DNA from: Rozella allomycis CSF55
Taxonomy: Eukaryota
DNA length: 42,751 nt
Assembly (NCBI GenBank): GCA_000442015.1
Contig: KE561071.1
Coordinates: 124,001 to 166,751, forward strand
Direction: 5' to 3'
The position numbers were made by a program, and so were the translations under genes. The notes beneath the pieces are model-generated. The model was not told where the DNA came from. It did not search any database and worked only from the letters and a program-made list of their open reading frames with translations. Within the stretch, counting starts at the first letter, position 1, and each line of letters opens with the position of its first letter. Positions 10,734 to 20,466 of the stretch are shown here, one piece after another.

Positions 10734-11722
10734 TTATTTCTTTAATGTTGAATAGTAAAAAACTCCAGCTATTGTCATTGAAATCCCTAGCAAGGATCGA
10801 TTGGTTGGTGGCTCATCAAACAAGAACATTCCTAAAACAACTACAGTGCAAAGTTTAAAGTGGCCAACAATATTATACGTCAAGGCTGACATTTTTCCAA
10901 TTATTAAAAATATCGAGAGATTCACAAAAAACGCCAACATACAAGTTCCTAATATTGCATACTTGTTCATTTAAAGAATATAGAGTTACTATAGAATTTA
11001 ATGTCCATTGGTAATTTACCAAAGCATTCAAATCTTCAAATAGAGGCAACACTATCAACAGCATTAGCGATGAGATTGGCGATTGATATAAAAGCAACTG
11101 CATGGAATTAACCTCCAATTCTTTTTGTTTACTGCCAATACTGACTTGGTAATACGATGTGACCATTACACCCAACAATGCAACAACTGCCCCTCTAAAA
11201 TTCAGTCGAACATCTGAAACTGATGCTATCATTACACCAATGCAGATCCATGTAATAGTCAGCAATGTTTTTATATTAACACTTTTGTTGTAGAAAAAAT
11301 ATTGTATAAATACAACCCCTGGTGTTGTTAACACTTTAGCCATTTGGTAAAATCCAACCGAATTATACTGAAGACTTAAATTGGTTAACACAACGAATCC
11401 ACAAAATGATGCTGACAGAGTAATAACCTTTTTAATCGGAATTCGCTTGAATTCAAATAGTCCAAGCATAGAACAAACTAGAAGACCGAAAAAGGTACCC
11501 AGAAAGTGTAGAATTGTTAGAAATGTACCTCTATCACAATTAAAATCTCTATTTACCATAATTGAAATTGTATGTTTTGAATACACTCTTATTAAGCAAA
11601 ACTATGCCCACAGACGATATCACATTAGTAACAATAAAAACAGAATTCTTTAATTTTTCGCTAACCACGTCACTCTTTTCATTGCTTTCATTGGGCATTA
11701 ACAAAACGACCTTGTCAGTCAT
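10734..11722 (-). CDS. SLC35E3-like nucleotide-sugar/triose-phosphate transporter family protein
   Basis: NVISSVGIVLLNKSV, FVVLTNLSLQYNSVGFYQMAKVLTTP, MQLLLYQSP and SALTYNIVGHFK motifs, with two short introns. Alternative start at 11698. Confidence 0.88.
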
Positions 11723-11734
11723 AAGCCAGGGTTT

Positions 11735-13279
11735 ATGAAAAATTCGACAACTTTGCAAGATTTATTTCAACAAGAGGTTGATCCAAAAGCAATAGAAAAA
11801 TTTGGCAAAATTGCCAACTGGATAGGCGCTGTTGATTCCAAGGGAAAGAAACAAAGAGAACGAGGTATGATTTTTAGCAAAAATCCAAAGGCATATCTGT
11901 TGATGATGACTTGTTTGGTACCGTTGATAGACGCTCGCAAAAATCTAAATATGCGACAAAGCAAAAGGTATTGGGGATGTGAAATTATTATAAAGGTTGT
12001 TGCGCCGAAAAAGGTATCTGCAATTCCTTTACCTTCTACTGTAAGTCATGATTGAATTGCGAGAGTGGTAGATTCTGGCAGTTAAAAAGAAGAGTACTGC
12101 TTGGAAAACAAATGTTCAGAGCAAGGGCAAATTTATTGATATCGATCCTAAATGGGAACTGTTGATGGAGTTTGAAAGAGACAATTTAATAGAGTTACAA
12201 TACAGCCCCGAAGAAGGAAAAACGCTGTAATTATTTTTGATTAAATGTGAAAGATTATCAATTGGCTCCCTTCCCAAATTTGATGGAACTTTTGACAAAA
12301 TATCAATCAAGAATCCAAAGCAGCTTTTGGAAGAAATAAAAACACCCAAAATTCCTTCCGTTGTAGAGGATCCAACAATGGCAGATTTTATTTCCAAGAG
12401 GAAAGCAAAGATTTACACCACTGATAACATCTTGAGTGCGTTGATGAGTCATTGTCGTTCTACAATTCCATTTGACTTTAAAATTATTAGAAAAGATGAT
12501 TACGTTATTATTGACGCAAGAGAAGGCTCCATATTGAGTACATTATTGTTTATAGTTTAATAGACTTTGAAACGCTACTTGAATCAACTGCCGCTGAAAA
12601 TTTAGACTTTGGAGAAGAAAATTACAATTCTCCGCTTTCCTTGATTGATGAAGTTACAAAATGTCATCATAAATTTTCTGCTCAAGTGAAGGGTCTTGCT
12701 TCCAACGATTCTCAAATAAATTATCGACTGTGGGACTTTGGAGACAATGTTCAATTGCTTTGCAGAACATCTCTCGATGCCAGCTATGAATCTGAATTCA
12801 AGTCTGGTCCTGTCTCCACTCACTGTCTTGTTGAAATCGACTCTAGAGTCACCAAAGTTGATTTCAAACAAAAAGCGGATTCCCAACGTGGTGCTATCCT
12901 TGGTAGTGAAATGCTCAATAATCCAAACAAACTTGCTAGGTGGTTGTTTCAATCTATTCTTGCAGACGCAAAGTTTCTCAAAATTGGGTAAATCAATTAA
13001 TTATTTACAATTCAGATATGTATCAAGAAAACTTTCTAGAGATAATACAAAGCATGTTATTCTAGGAACTGAAACTTATGCAGTTGACGATTTTGCTGTC
13101 CAAATTCACATGGATGTTTATAATGGCTGGGGAACTGTAAAGGCTCTTTCTGATGTTCTCTTAAATTTGCCTGTTGGCGAATATGTAATGGTTAGAACTC
13201 CAAGAAAAGTATTTCTGATTTATTTACGTAATTCCAGGGTGGACTTCGCATCTATAAAGCAAATGAAGATGATAAATAA
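11735..13279 (+). CDS. EIF3D: Eukaryotic translation initiation factor 3 subunit D, multi-intron
   Basis: KFGKIANW; DPTMADF...TDNILSALMSHCRS; YRLWDFG; DFKQKADSQRGAILGSEMLNNPNKLARWLFQSILA; YVSRK...HVILG; NGWGTVKAL...GEYVMVRTP. Stop at 13277-13279 after the last intron. Confidence 0.9.
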
Positions 13280-13343
13280 ACTAATTTTACATACAAATCT
13301 TTTGAATCTTTACTAAACGAAATTTTCATGTTTTTTGGCAAAC

Positions 13344-14314
13344 ATGAGCTCTAATATTTTGTACCAAATAAATGTACAGGATGTGTCCTCAATAAAGAGT
13401 AAGCATTTACTGTAAACGAAAATATAGCTGTTTTTAGTATTATAGACAAGTATCAAAAATCGTGCATCTTAACCTTCACAAACCGGAAAAGATGGCAAAT
13501 AAGAACATTAGATTTATCAACAGGTCTCAAAATTGATTGCAACTTGTATATAGTAACATTTTATTTTTGTTTTTAATAGAAAAATGCATCTAACCCCACA
13601 ATATCAACTGACACTATTCACATTCAAGTTGCACCAAATTTGATAGTAGAAGCTGTGAGAAACGTTCATAGAGGAATGGATATATATTTGTCAGAACATA
13701 GCATATGCTTTGTAGGTGCTGCAAGAGTAATGAAAAGTACAAATAGTCATAGAATCGAGGAATCATCATAAAGCAAATGGTACCGATTAGAATAGTGGAA
13801 GAAGAACAACCATCGTCAAATTATTTGGTTTCTGAACCAATAGTAAGTTAATGTCATAAAATTCAGTAAAGGTTCAGATTTATATGCCCTCATTTCAAAT
13901 TGTAAAGACAGCTATTGAGCAGCTCAAGAAAATAAATAGCAAATGTATAACCCTGTCTGCTAACATGGAAGGACAATTGGAGTTTCAAACCATTCATGAT
14001 TTAGGTAAAGTTAAAATGGCTTTTTCGAATCTTACAAACCCAAACAAAGGTAAAGGCGCAATTTATTATTAATTGAAACCTGCAGTCAAAATAGAAATAA
14101 ATTTTATTCTGGAATGGTAAACGTGAATCTTTTAGGGAAACTTTTATCAACACAGGGTCTAGAGCCATCGAAAATGTTATTGCGTATGGAATATTTTAAA
14201 TATTAAACAGACTTTACTAAAGATTCTATGATTACTCTTATTGTGTATTTTGAAGAAAATGAAGACAATGAAGAGTCAATATTTACATTCCACTTTCCCA
14301 CTCTAAAAGAATGA
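13344..14314 (+). CDS. HUS1: HUS1/Mec3-like 9-1-1 checkpoint clamp subunit, divergent and multi-intron
   Basis: MPSFQIVKTAIEQLKKINSKCITLSANMEGQLEF...FSNLTNP resembles the Hus1 segment LP.L..MK..VEKMK.IS....I.AN..G.L.L...F.DL.NP. The spliced N-terminus and C-terminal FTFHFPTL fit a PCNA-like subunit. Confidence 0.65.
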
Positions 14315-14363
14315 ATCAATTGCTATAAATTGCTGTAATAAAATTGCTAAATTAAAAGTTTAT

Positions 14364-15868
14364 TTATGCTTTGGATTTCTTTGACTTTTTCTCTTTCAAA
14401 GATTTGTGCTTTTTCTTTTCTTCTTTATCCTTTTTCTTTTCTTCCTTTGATTTCTTTTCTTTGATTTCTTCTTTTGGAACAATTTCATCAGTTTCTTCTT
14501 CTTTCATTGGAACTTCATCTATTTTAAGATTGAAGGGTTAATTTACCAATAGATTGCATAACTTCTTGCATAACATCAGTATTCTTTCTTGGAACGAGTC
14601 CAGATTCATAAAACATCATTCTTTCTTCAACTTGAGATTTAAGAGCCTCACCAAATTTCGTTGTTGGGTTTTCTGAAAAGCAATCTATTCTGGAAGCGAT
14701 GGAACATTTGTTAGCCAAATAACGTGAGATTCTACCTTTATTCTTTGCCCCTGCTCTTCCGATGAATGAAGAATGAAAAATGAGACCATATTTTGGAGTT
14801 TTCCCTCTTGTTTTCAAAGCTCTAAAGAGAGCCTTTTCAGCGCCAAGGATTTGAACAGTTGAGGCAGGATATTTGGAAAGGTTAGTCAAACTTCCTGCAT
14901 GGGCGATGAGTCTGGCTCCAACTATTTCTCCAATGAGGGTAGCAAGGTTTGGTGCAACAATATTCATTTTGTTTTGAAGATAAGAAAATAAACGAGCGCG
15001 GTACTCGTTAAGTGAAATCACTCTGTCAGCAAATAGTTTAATGTTGATTAAATCAATAGGAGAAATATCAGTTCCCATTGATGATCTTGCCGCGTCAATG
15101 ATGTGTTGTGCAAGATCTTCATCACCATCAACTATCTTTGTAATGTCATTTATTTTGTCTTCAGAAAGAGTGCTTTTATCACCAATAAGTTTGGCCAACA
15201 CTGCATACTTGGCATTGTCATTAACCAAGCGAACGAGTTCAGGAAAATGCCATGAATACCATTCTCTAATTCTCATTGAGAAGGTGTTAACATCCTTGTC
15301 CAATTGATCCAACAATGAAATAGCTTGAATAATCATATTGTCGCTTCTATTCACATTAAATTTCACTTTCGCTCTTGAATAACTATGACCAAGCCCCAAT
15401 TGTGCTCTAGCTAAATCTCCTTGCTTAAATTGTTTCAACATTTTCTCTCCGTGATATCTTATTCCACGGATAATCTCCAAAACAACCTCATCAAATGAAC
15501 AATTATATTCAAGCTCTTGCTTAATAGAACTAGCCAAAGCTTTATCACTAACACCGATTGTTATTTTAGATTTCTTTCCAGCATTTCCTAGATTCATTTC
15601 CAAAAAGTTCTTCAAAGATTCACCAACTATGCCTTCAGAAATATCGTTAATATTCTCCAAAGCATCACCCGCACTCTTAAAAGGCATAAAAGATTTTAGT
15701 TTAATCATTTGTCCAAATTTAGACAAATCAAGAATGCTTTTTTGCACTTCACCAAGTTCTTGTCCGATTTCCTCAGATTGGACTCTTTCAAACAATGCAT
15801 ACCCAGAAGCAGTTTCAAAAAGAATAAATAATGGCTATTTTTTCATTTAAAACTAATATTCTTACCAT
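14364..15868 (-). CDS. NOP56: Nucleolar protein 56 (box C/D snoRNP)
   Basis: [77 protein letters not shown]-rich tail. The first exon is the ATG alone (intron 15835-15865), with a second intron near 14520-14547. Confidence 0.95.
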
Positions 15869-15970
15869 TTCGATTTTTTTCTTTTTTCCAGGGCTTAGGT
15901 GGCGCGGTTTCTTTAGCTTAAATCGAATTTGAACACCACAAAACAAATTAAAAAGAATAGATTTTATTGA

Positions 15971-17407
15971 TTATTGCGAGTTTATACGGTGTTTATTATT
16001 AGAGAGCATTTTGATCTTGTTCACTAGACTCATGTCATTTCCCAACATGGCTATATCACTAGGCGTTTCGTTATGTGCATTTACTTTTGTAAAATCAGCT
16101 TCATACATATACAATAAATCAATTATGAGGTCACGAACATCATTTGTTTGTTCTATTTCCATGACATAATGGATGGGAAATTTGCCAATGATATCTGGCT
16201 TATTTGCGTCTGCCCCGTATTCTAATAACAGCATGACTATATCGACTTCTTCACAGTTAATAGCATGTATTAGTAAGGGTAGCCCATTTGAATATTCATG
16301 CACGAGATTGGGAAAACGTTCGAACAACCATTTTAGTCCTTCGACTGCACCTGTTTGCACCAAAACATGAAGGGAATTATATCCATGTTCAATCGTTTCT
16401 TCCGGGCTTATTCCTTTTTTGAACAGCCATGAAGCCGCTTCTAATTTATTGTTCAATAATGCATGCGCAAGTGGTGACAGCCAACCCATATATTCCGCGT
16501 CTCTGAATAAGCATGAATTGATTTCGTCCGCTGTTAATTTAAGCATATCTAGATATTTTTGACTGTTTGCATTGATAGCAGCTTTGAACAATGATTTGGA
16601 CATCCCAGCGTTAACAATTGCATGTATTTCGTCGTGCAGCTTGTGCTCAAAAAATTGGCCCGCAAAGTCAGGGAGTTCATTATTTAAAAAATTAATTGTC
16701 TTCCGAATTATTTTTCTCGAAACATCACGGGAAAACAGGTACTTGGCACAAACTGAGAATAATGGCCCATTGATGATAATTTTAAAAATGAATTTGAGTT
16801 TATCGAAACAGCTTAATCTCTTTATAATATTATCAACCTGAACAGGGATTTCCTTCAGTGGCAATTCGTCATCAAGTCTTTTGAATACTTTTAATGCTGA
16901 ATAAATGTCAAAATATTTTCCTGAGTGTGCGCCTTGGATGTAAAAGCTTAGCTCTGCCGTGCTTAAATTATATAACATGTTTGGATCAACTGTGAGAACA
17001 TTGTTGGTATAGTAATTCTCGATGTATGACAGGGCATTGTTCACGCTTTGTGTCCTCGTTAATACTTGCTTTTTTGCTATATTCACCCATGATTTTAAAT
17101 CAATTGGCCAAATTATTGCATTTTTGGATGAGTGAATCGTGTGCATCATCCAATCAACATCGTCGTTCGTTAGTTTCTGTGGATTTTCAAAAAGATAATC
17201 CAATCTGCTAGAAGCTAATTCGTTTAATGCTCTTGAAATCTTATAGAACTTTGAATGCACAGGCAATACATGTCTTGCAACTTCATTTATTGGGATTCTT
17301 TTGCAAACAATGGAGATAACTTCTTCAGGTAGATTTAGAATATACGAACTATTTTTCATGCGGTCGATGAAACTAAATAACAACAATATTATAGCATGAA
17401 GTAGCAT
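15971..17407 (-). CDS. Putative secreted F-box + ankyrin-repeat protein (array copy 4)
   Basis: Intronless. Hydrophobic N-terminus MLLHAIILLLFSF; F-box-like LNLPEEVISIVCKRIP...LPVHSKFYKI; C-terminal ankyrin repeats such as LLLEYGADANKPDIIGKFPIHY. Confidence 0.8.
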   Translation of the reverse strand: MLLHAIILLLFSFIDRMKNSSYILNLPEEVISIVCKRIPINEVARHVLPVHSKFYKISRALNELASSRLDYLFENPQKLTNDDVDWMMHTIHSSKNAIIWPIDLKSWVNIAKKQVLTRTQSVNNALSYIENYYTNNVLTVDPNMLYNLSTAELSFYIQGAHSGKYFDIYSALKVFKRLDDELPLKEIPVQVDNIIKRLSCFDKLKFIFKIIINGPLFSVCAKYLFSRDVSRKIIRKTINFLNNELPDFAGQFFEHKLHDEIHAIVNAGMSKSLFKAAINANSQKYLDMLKLTADEINSCLFRDAEYMGWLSPLAHALLNNKLEAASWLFKKGISPEETIEHGYNSLHVLVQTGAVEGLKWLFERFPNLVHEYSNGLPLLIHAINCEEVDIVMLLLEYGADANKPDIIGKFPIHYVMEIEQTNDVRDLIIDLLYMYEADFTKVNAHNETPSDIAMLGNDMSLVNKIKMLSNNKHRINSQ

Positions 17408-17448
17408 ATTGCACTTTGACAGTGAGATAAAAGATGTAAAGATGTTTA

Positions 17449-18909
17449 TTATTTTGTCATATCCATTATAGAAAATACAGATCGTATCAAAGAGACAATG
17501 GTATGATCAGTTTCATTTGTAACGTAGTAGTTAATGTCATGGCCAAAGTAATCAACAGAATATACCTTTTCAGGATAATTAAGTAAAATTTCGGCCACAA
17601 CATTTGTTTTATTCAAATATACACCCAGGAGTAAAGGAGTCATACCGTTTGCATCAAAACAATCTAGATCTACTCTTACTTTCAATAAAGATGACAGAAA
17701 GTAGTTGTTAGGGCTTTCTACAGCATAGTGTGCCACATAACTCCCGGTGGGATCAATGGCGTTGATATCTGCTCCAAAGTTAAGAAGTAAATCGAATGCT
17801 TCAACGCGATTAAAATCAATCGCAGTCATTAACGTAGAGTATAAACAGCCAGATATATTTGCATGTTTAGGTTCTTTGTTGAGAATCCATTCCATTCCTA
17901 ATACATGATTTTCGATTATTAAATTGTGAAGTATTGAATAGCCATCTTCTTTAATGTCTAGTCTAGCTCCATTTTCATATAGCCACTGTGCTGCTTTGAA
18001 TTTGTTTTGAAAAAGTGCTTCCTCTATCAGTAATTTTCCTTGGACTCTCAAATTTGCATCTTGAACCACCATATTAAGGACAGATATGTTTTCATGTTCT
18101 ATTGCTGGTAAGTAAAGAAAGATCCGCTCAACCTCCTTTATAATATTTATTTCTTGTATTAAGTTTTGTTCCACAAGAAAATCGGATAGAAATGCGCCCG
18201 TGACTTTAGCAATTGAACGAATCATGTCTTTGGAGTACTCTGGTTTGAAAAAAAATTTTACCAGTACTCTATGTGGCCCAATTTGATAGAGAGTCTTAAT
18301 TAAAAAACTAGTTAAATCAAAGCTGCTAAGCATATTAATTAATTCATATAAAAACTGGTCTTCGATGCCATCACCATACATTTTTGTTACAAGCAATTGA
18401 GCAACAGGTAAAGAAATACACCCATTTTTGGTTTGTGTTTTTATTTCTTTTAACGCAGTTGCAAAACTCATTGTCTTTGTTTTTATGGCTGACAAGAAAT
18501 TTTGTGATATATTTTGTCTAGATGTCATTTTGTTATAGAGATTATGGAGAATTTCATGACAATCCACTGGTGTATTTTGTTTTGCTACTTCAAACCAATG
18601 TTTCAAATTGAAGGATACCAACGCCACACCTTTTTCAAAAACAGGGAAGAAGTCGTTCAGCCATTCGATATCTTCGTTGCTCAACATTGCGGGGTTTTGA
18701 TATAAATAATTGGCCCTACCTATTACTACTCTCCTTTCTCGATTAATAGCTTTGTAAGAATTTTTGTCAAGAGTCATTAAAGATCGACAAACCACTTCCG
18801 TGCAAAAGTTAGAAAAAATATTCCTCAAAACCTCCCCGGGAAATTTTTTGAAGTGAGTTGAAGATATTTGAGCTGACAATAGTAAGAAAACTGAAAAAAA
18901 GTAGATCAT
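17449..18909 (-). CDS. Putative secreted F-box + ankyrin-repeat protein (array copy 3)
   Basis: Intronless. Signal peptide MIYFFSVFLLLSAQISS; F-box-like FKKFPGEVLRNIFSNF; ankyrin repeats LLLNFGADINAIDPTGSYVAHYA and DANGMTPLLLG. Confidence 0.8.
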   Translation of the reverse strand: MIYFFSVFLLLSAQISSTHFKKFPGEVLRNIFSNFCTEVVCRSLMTLDKNSYKAINRERRVVIGRANYLYQNPAMLSNEDIEWLNDFFPVFEKGVALVSFNLKHWFEVAKQNTPVDCHEILHNLYNKMTSRQNISQNFLSAIKTKTMSFATALKEIKTQTKNGCISLPVAQLLVTKMYGDGIEDQFLYELINMLSSFDLTSFLIKTLYQIGPHRVLVKFFFKPEYSKDMIRSIAKVTGAFLSDFLVEQNLIQEINIIKEVERIFLYLPAIEHENISVLNMVVQDANLRVQGKLLIEEALFQNKFKAAQWLYENGARLDIKEDGYSILHNLIIENHVLGMEWILNKEPKHANISGCLYSTLMTAIDFNRVEAFDLLLNFGADINAIDPTGSYVAHYAVESPNNYFLSSLLKVRVDLDCFDANGMTPLLLGVYLNKTNVVAEILLNYPEKVYSVDYFGHDINYYVTNETDHTIVSLIRSVFSIMDMTK

Positions 18910-18943
18910 AATGGTGGCTTTGCCTTTGCCAAAGAAGGGTAGA

Positions 18944-20428
18944 TCAGTTTATTGATGTTATACTTGGCCGATTTAGTAAGAAATAAGCAGCATCAATGTA
19001 TTGTACGATCATAGGGCTTGTATGATATTCAATGTAATTAAGAACAGATTCACCAAATGCATCAACAGTATTTACAAGGTCAGGCCTTCTGGATAAAATG
19101 GCAGCAGTGGTAATTGAATTATCAAGCCATATGGCTGTTAAAAGAGGTGTCCTTCCGTCAGCGTCAAGAACGTCCATGTCAACATTCCCTTCCAAGAGTG
19201 CCAAAATGAATTGAGCGTCGTTTTCTTCTACTGCTACATGGGCCACACTACTTCCTTGTAAATCTTTACCATTCACATCGGCTCCATTCTTTAATAGCAA
19301 ATTGAAGATATTAAAGTCTTGGAATTCGATTGCCAGTATCAAGGGGGTAACAGATGGAGTGCGAATGTCAATCATTTCAGGGCGTCTCTCAATAATCCAT
19401 TTTACCAAATCAAAGCGTCTGTCCATAATTGAAATGTGTAAAAGATTGTACCCAAATTCATTGCACGACAAAAGATCGGCGCCTTTTGTAAACAACCACT
19501 CTGCTGATTTCAAGGCACCATTGAATAAAGCAATTTCAAGAGGGGTTTGATTGCTTATGAATTCATTTGCATTTATTTCATATTTTTCTAAGAGATCGAT
19601 TCTTTCCAGGGTAATGAATGACGAGTAGAAATATTTCAAGAGGCCAGAATCTTTGATAATTTCTATTTCTTCAAGCATGTTATGCATAACCATATAATTA
19701 CAGAGATTCTGAAAGAGATGATTTGCTACAGTGAAGTGCGATCGTATCATGTCATTTGAATAAATAGGACGTATTAAAAATTTAATAAAAACATTCATGT
19801 AGTGTATGCTATTATTAAATACATTAAATATAAATGTAGAGAGATCAAAGCTACTTATTGCTGATATTAGCTTTTTCAAGTCACGTGAATCAATTTTTTC
19901 ATCATTCTCATTACTCTTTTGCATAATTAAAATAGCCATCTGCGTGGACAAACTGCAACCTTGGAATGCCTTAAAACTGATGTGCTCAATCGACTGTTTA
20001 AAAGTCATCGATTTGATTAGGTGTACTTCTTCTTTAGAAAATGTACATCTCTGAAGCAAATAAAAGGCTGTTTTATCAACATAGTCAGATAAAGTAGGAA
20101 ATTTCTTCTTGACCTTCATAATCCATTGCTCCCTATTGAAGGACTGAAACACTATCCGTCTTTGGAGAGTTTGCATGTTTTCCGCCATCCAAACAACGTC
20201 TTCAGCTTTTATTTTGTCTGGATTTTGAAAATAGTAATTAGATTTCCCTACTTGTTCATGTCTAGCACCATTAAGTGATTTTGCAGTAGCCTTATTGAGC
20301 AAACATAAATCGCCAAAAGTACGATTTGGGCAAATCCGAGAAATAATATTATCCAGTACATCTTTAGGTATAGAATCAACAGGTAAACAGAAGATTACTG
20401 ATGAAAAAAGAAACAATGTAAATTTCAT
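18944..20428 (-). CDS. Putative secreted F-box + ankyrin-repeat protein (array copy 2)
   Basis: Intronless. Signal peptide MKFTLFLFSSVIFC; F-box-like VDSIPKDVLDNIISRI; ankyrin repeats TPLILAIE...LLKNGADVNGKDLQG and DADGRTPLLTA. Confidence 0.8.
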   Translation of the reverse strand: MKFTLFLFSSVIFCLPVDSIPKDVLDNIISRICPNRTFGDLCLLNKATAKSLNGARHEQVGKSNYYFQNPDKIKAEDVVWMAENMQTLQRRIVFQSFNREQWIMKVKKKFPTLSDYVDKTAFYLLQRCTFSKEEVHLIKSMTFKQSIEHISFKAFQGCSLSTQMAILIMQKSNENDEKIDSRDLKKLISAISSFDLSTFIFNVFNNSIHYMNVFIKFLIRPIYSNDMIRSHFTVANHLFQNLCNYMVMHNMLEEIEIIKDSGLLKYFYSSFITLERIDLLEKYEINANEFISNQTPLEIALFNGALKSAEWLFTKGADLLSCNEFGYNLLHISIMDRRFDLVKWIIERRPEMIDIRTPSVTPLILAIEFQDFNIFNLLLKNGADVNGKDLQGSSVAHVAVEENDAQFILALLEGNVDMDVLDADGRTPLLTAIWLDNSITTAAILSRRPDLVNTVDAFGESVLNYIEYHTSPMIVQYIDAAYFLLNRPSITSIN

Positions 20429-20466
20429 GTCACGGGGCTAAGCCTTTGCCAAAAGTGAATATTTAT

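Noticed and set aside
1-14314. Apparent frameshifts, pseudogenes or an alternative genetic code in housekeeping genes
   Set aside because: The breaks I checked are resolved by ~26-31 nt GT-AG introns under the standard code.
14364-15868. Intronic snoRNA in NOP56
   Set aside because: The introns are about 30 nt, too short to host one.
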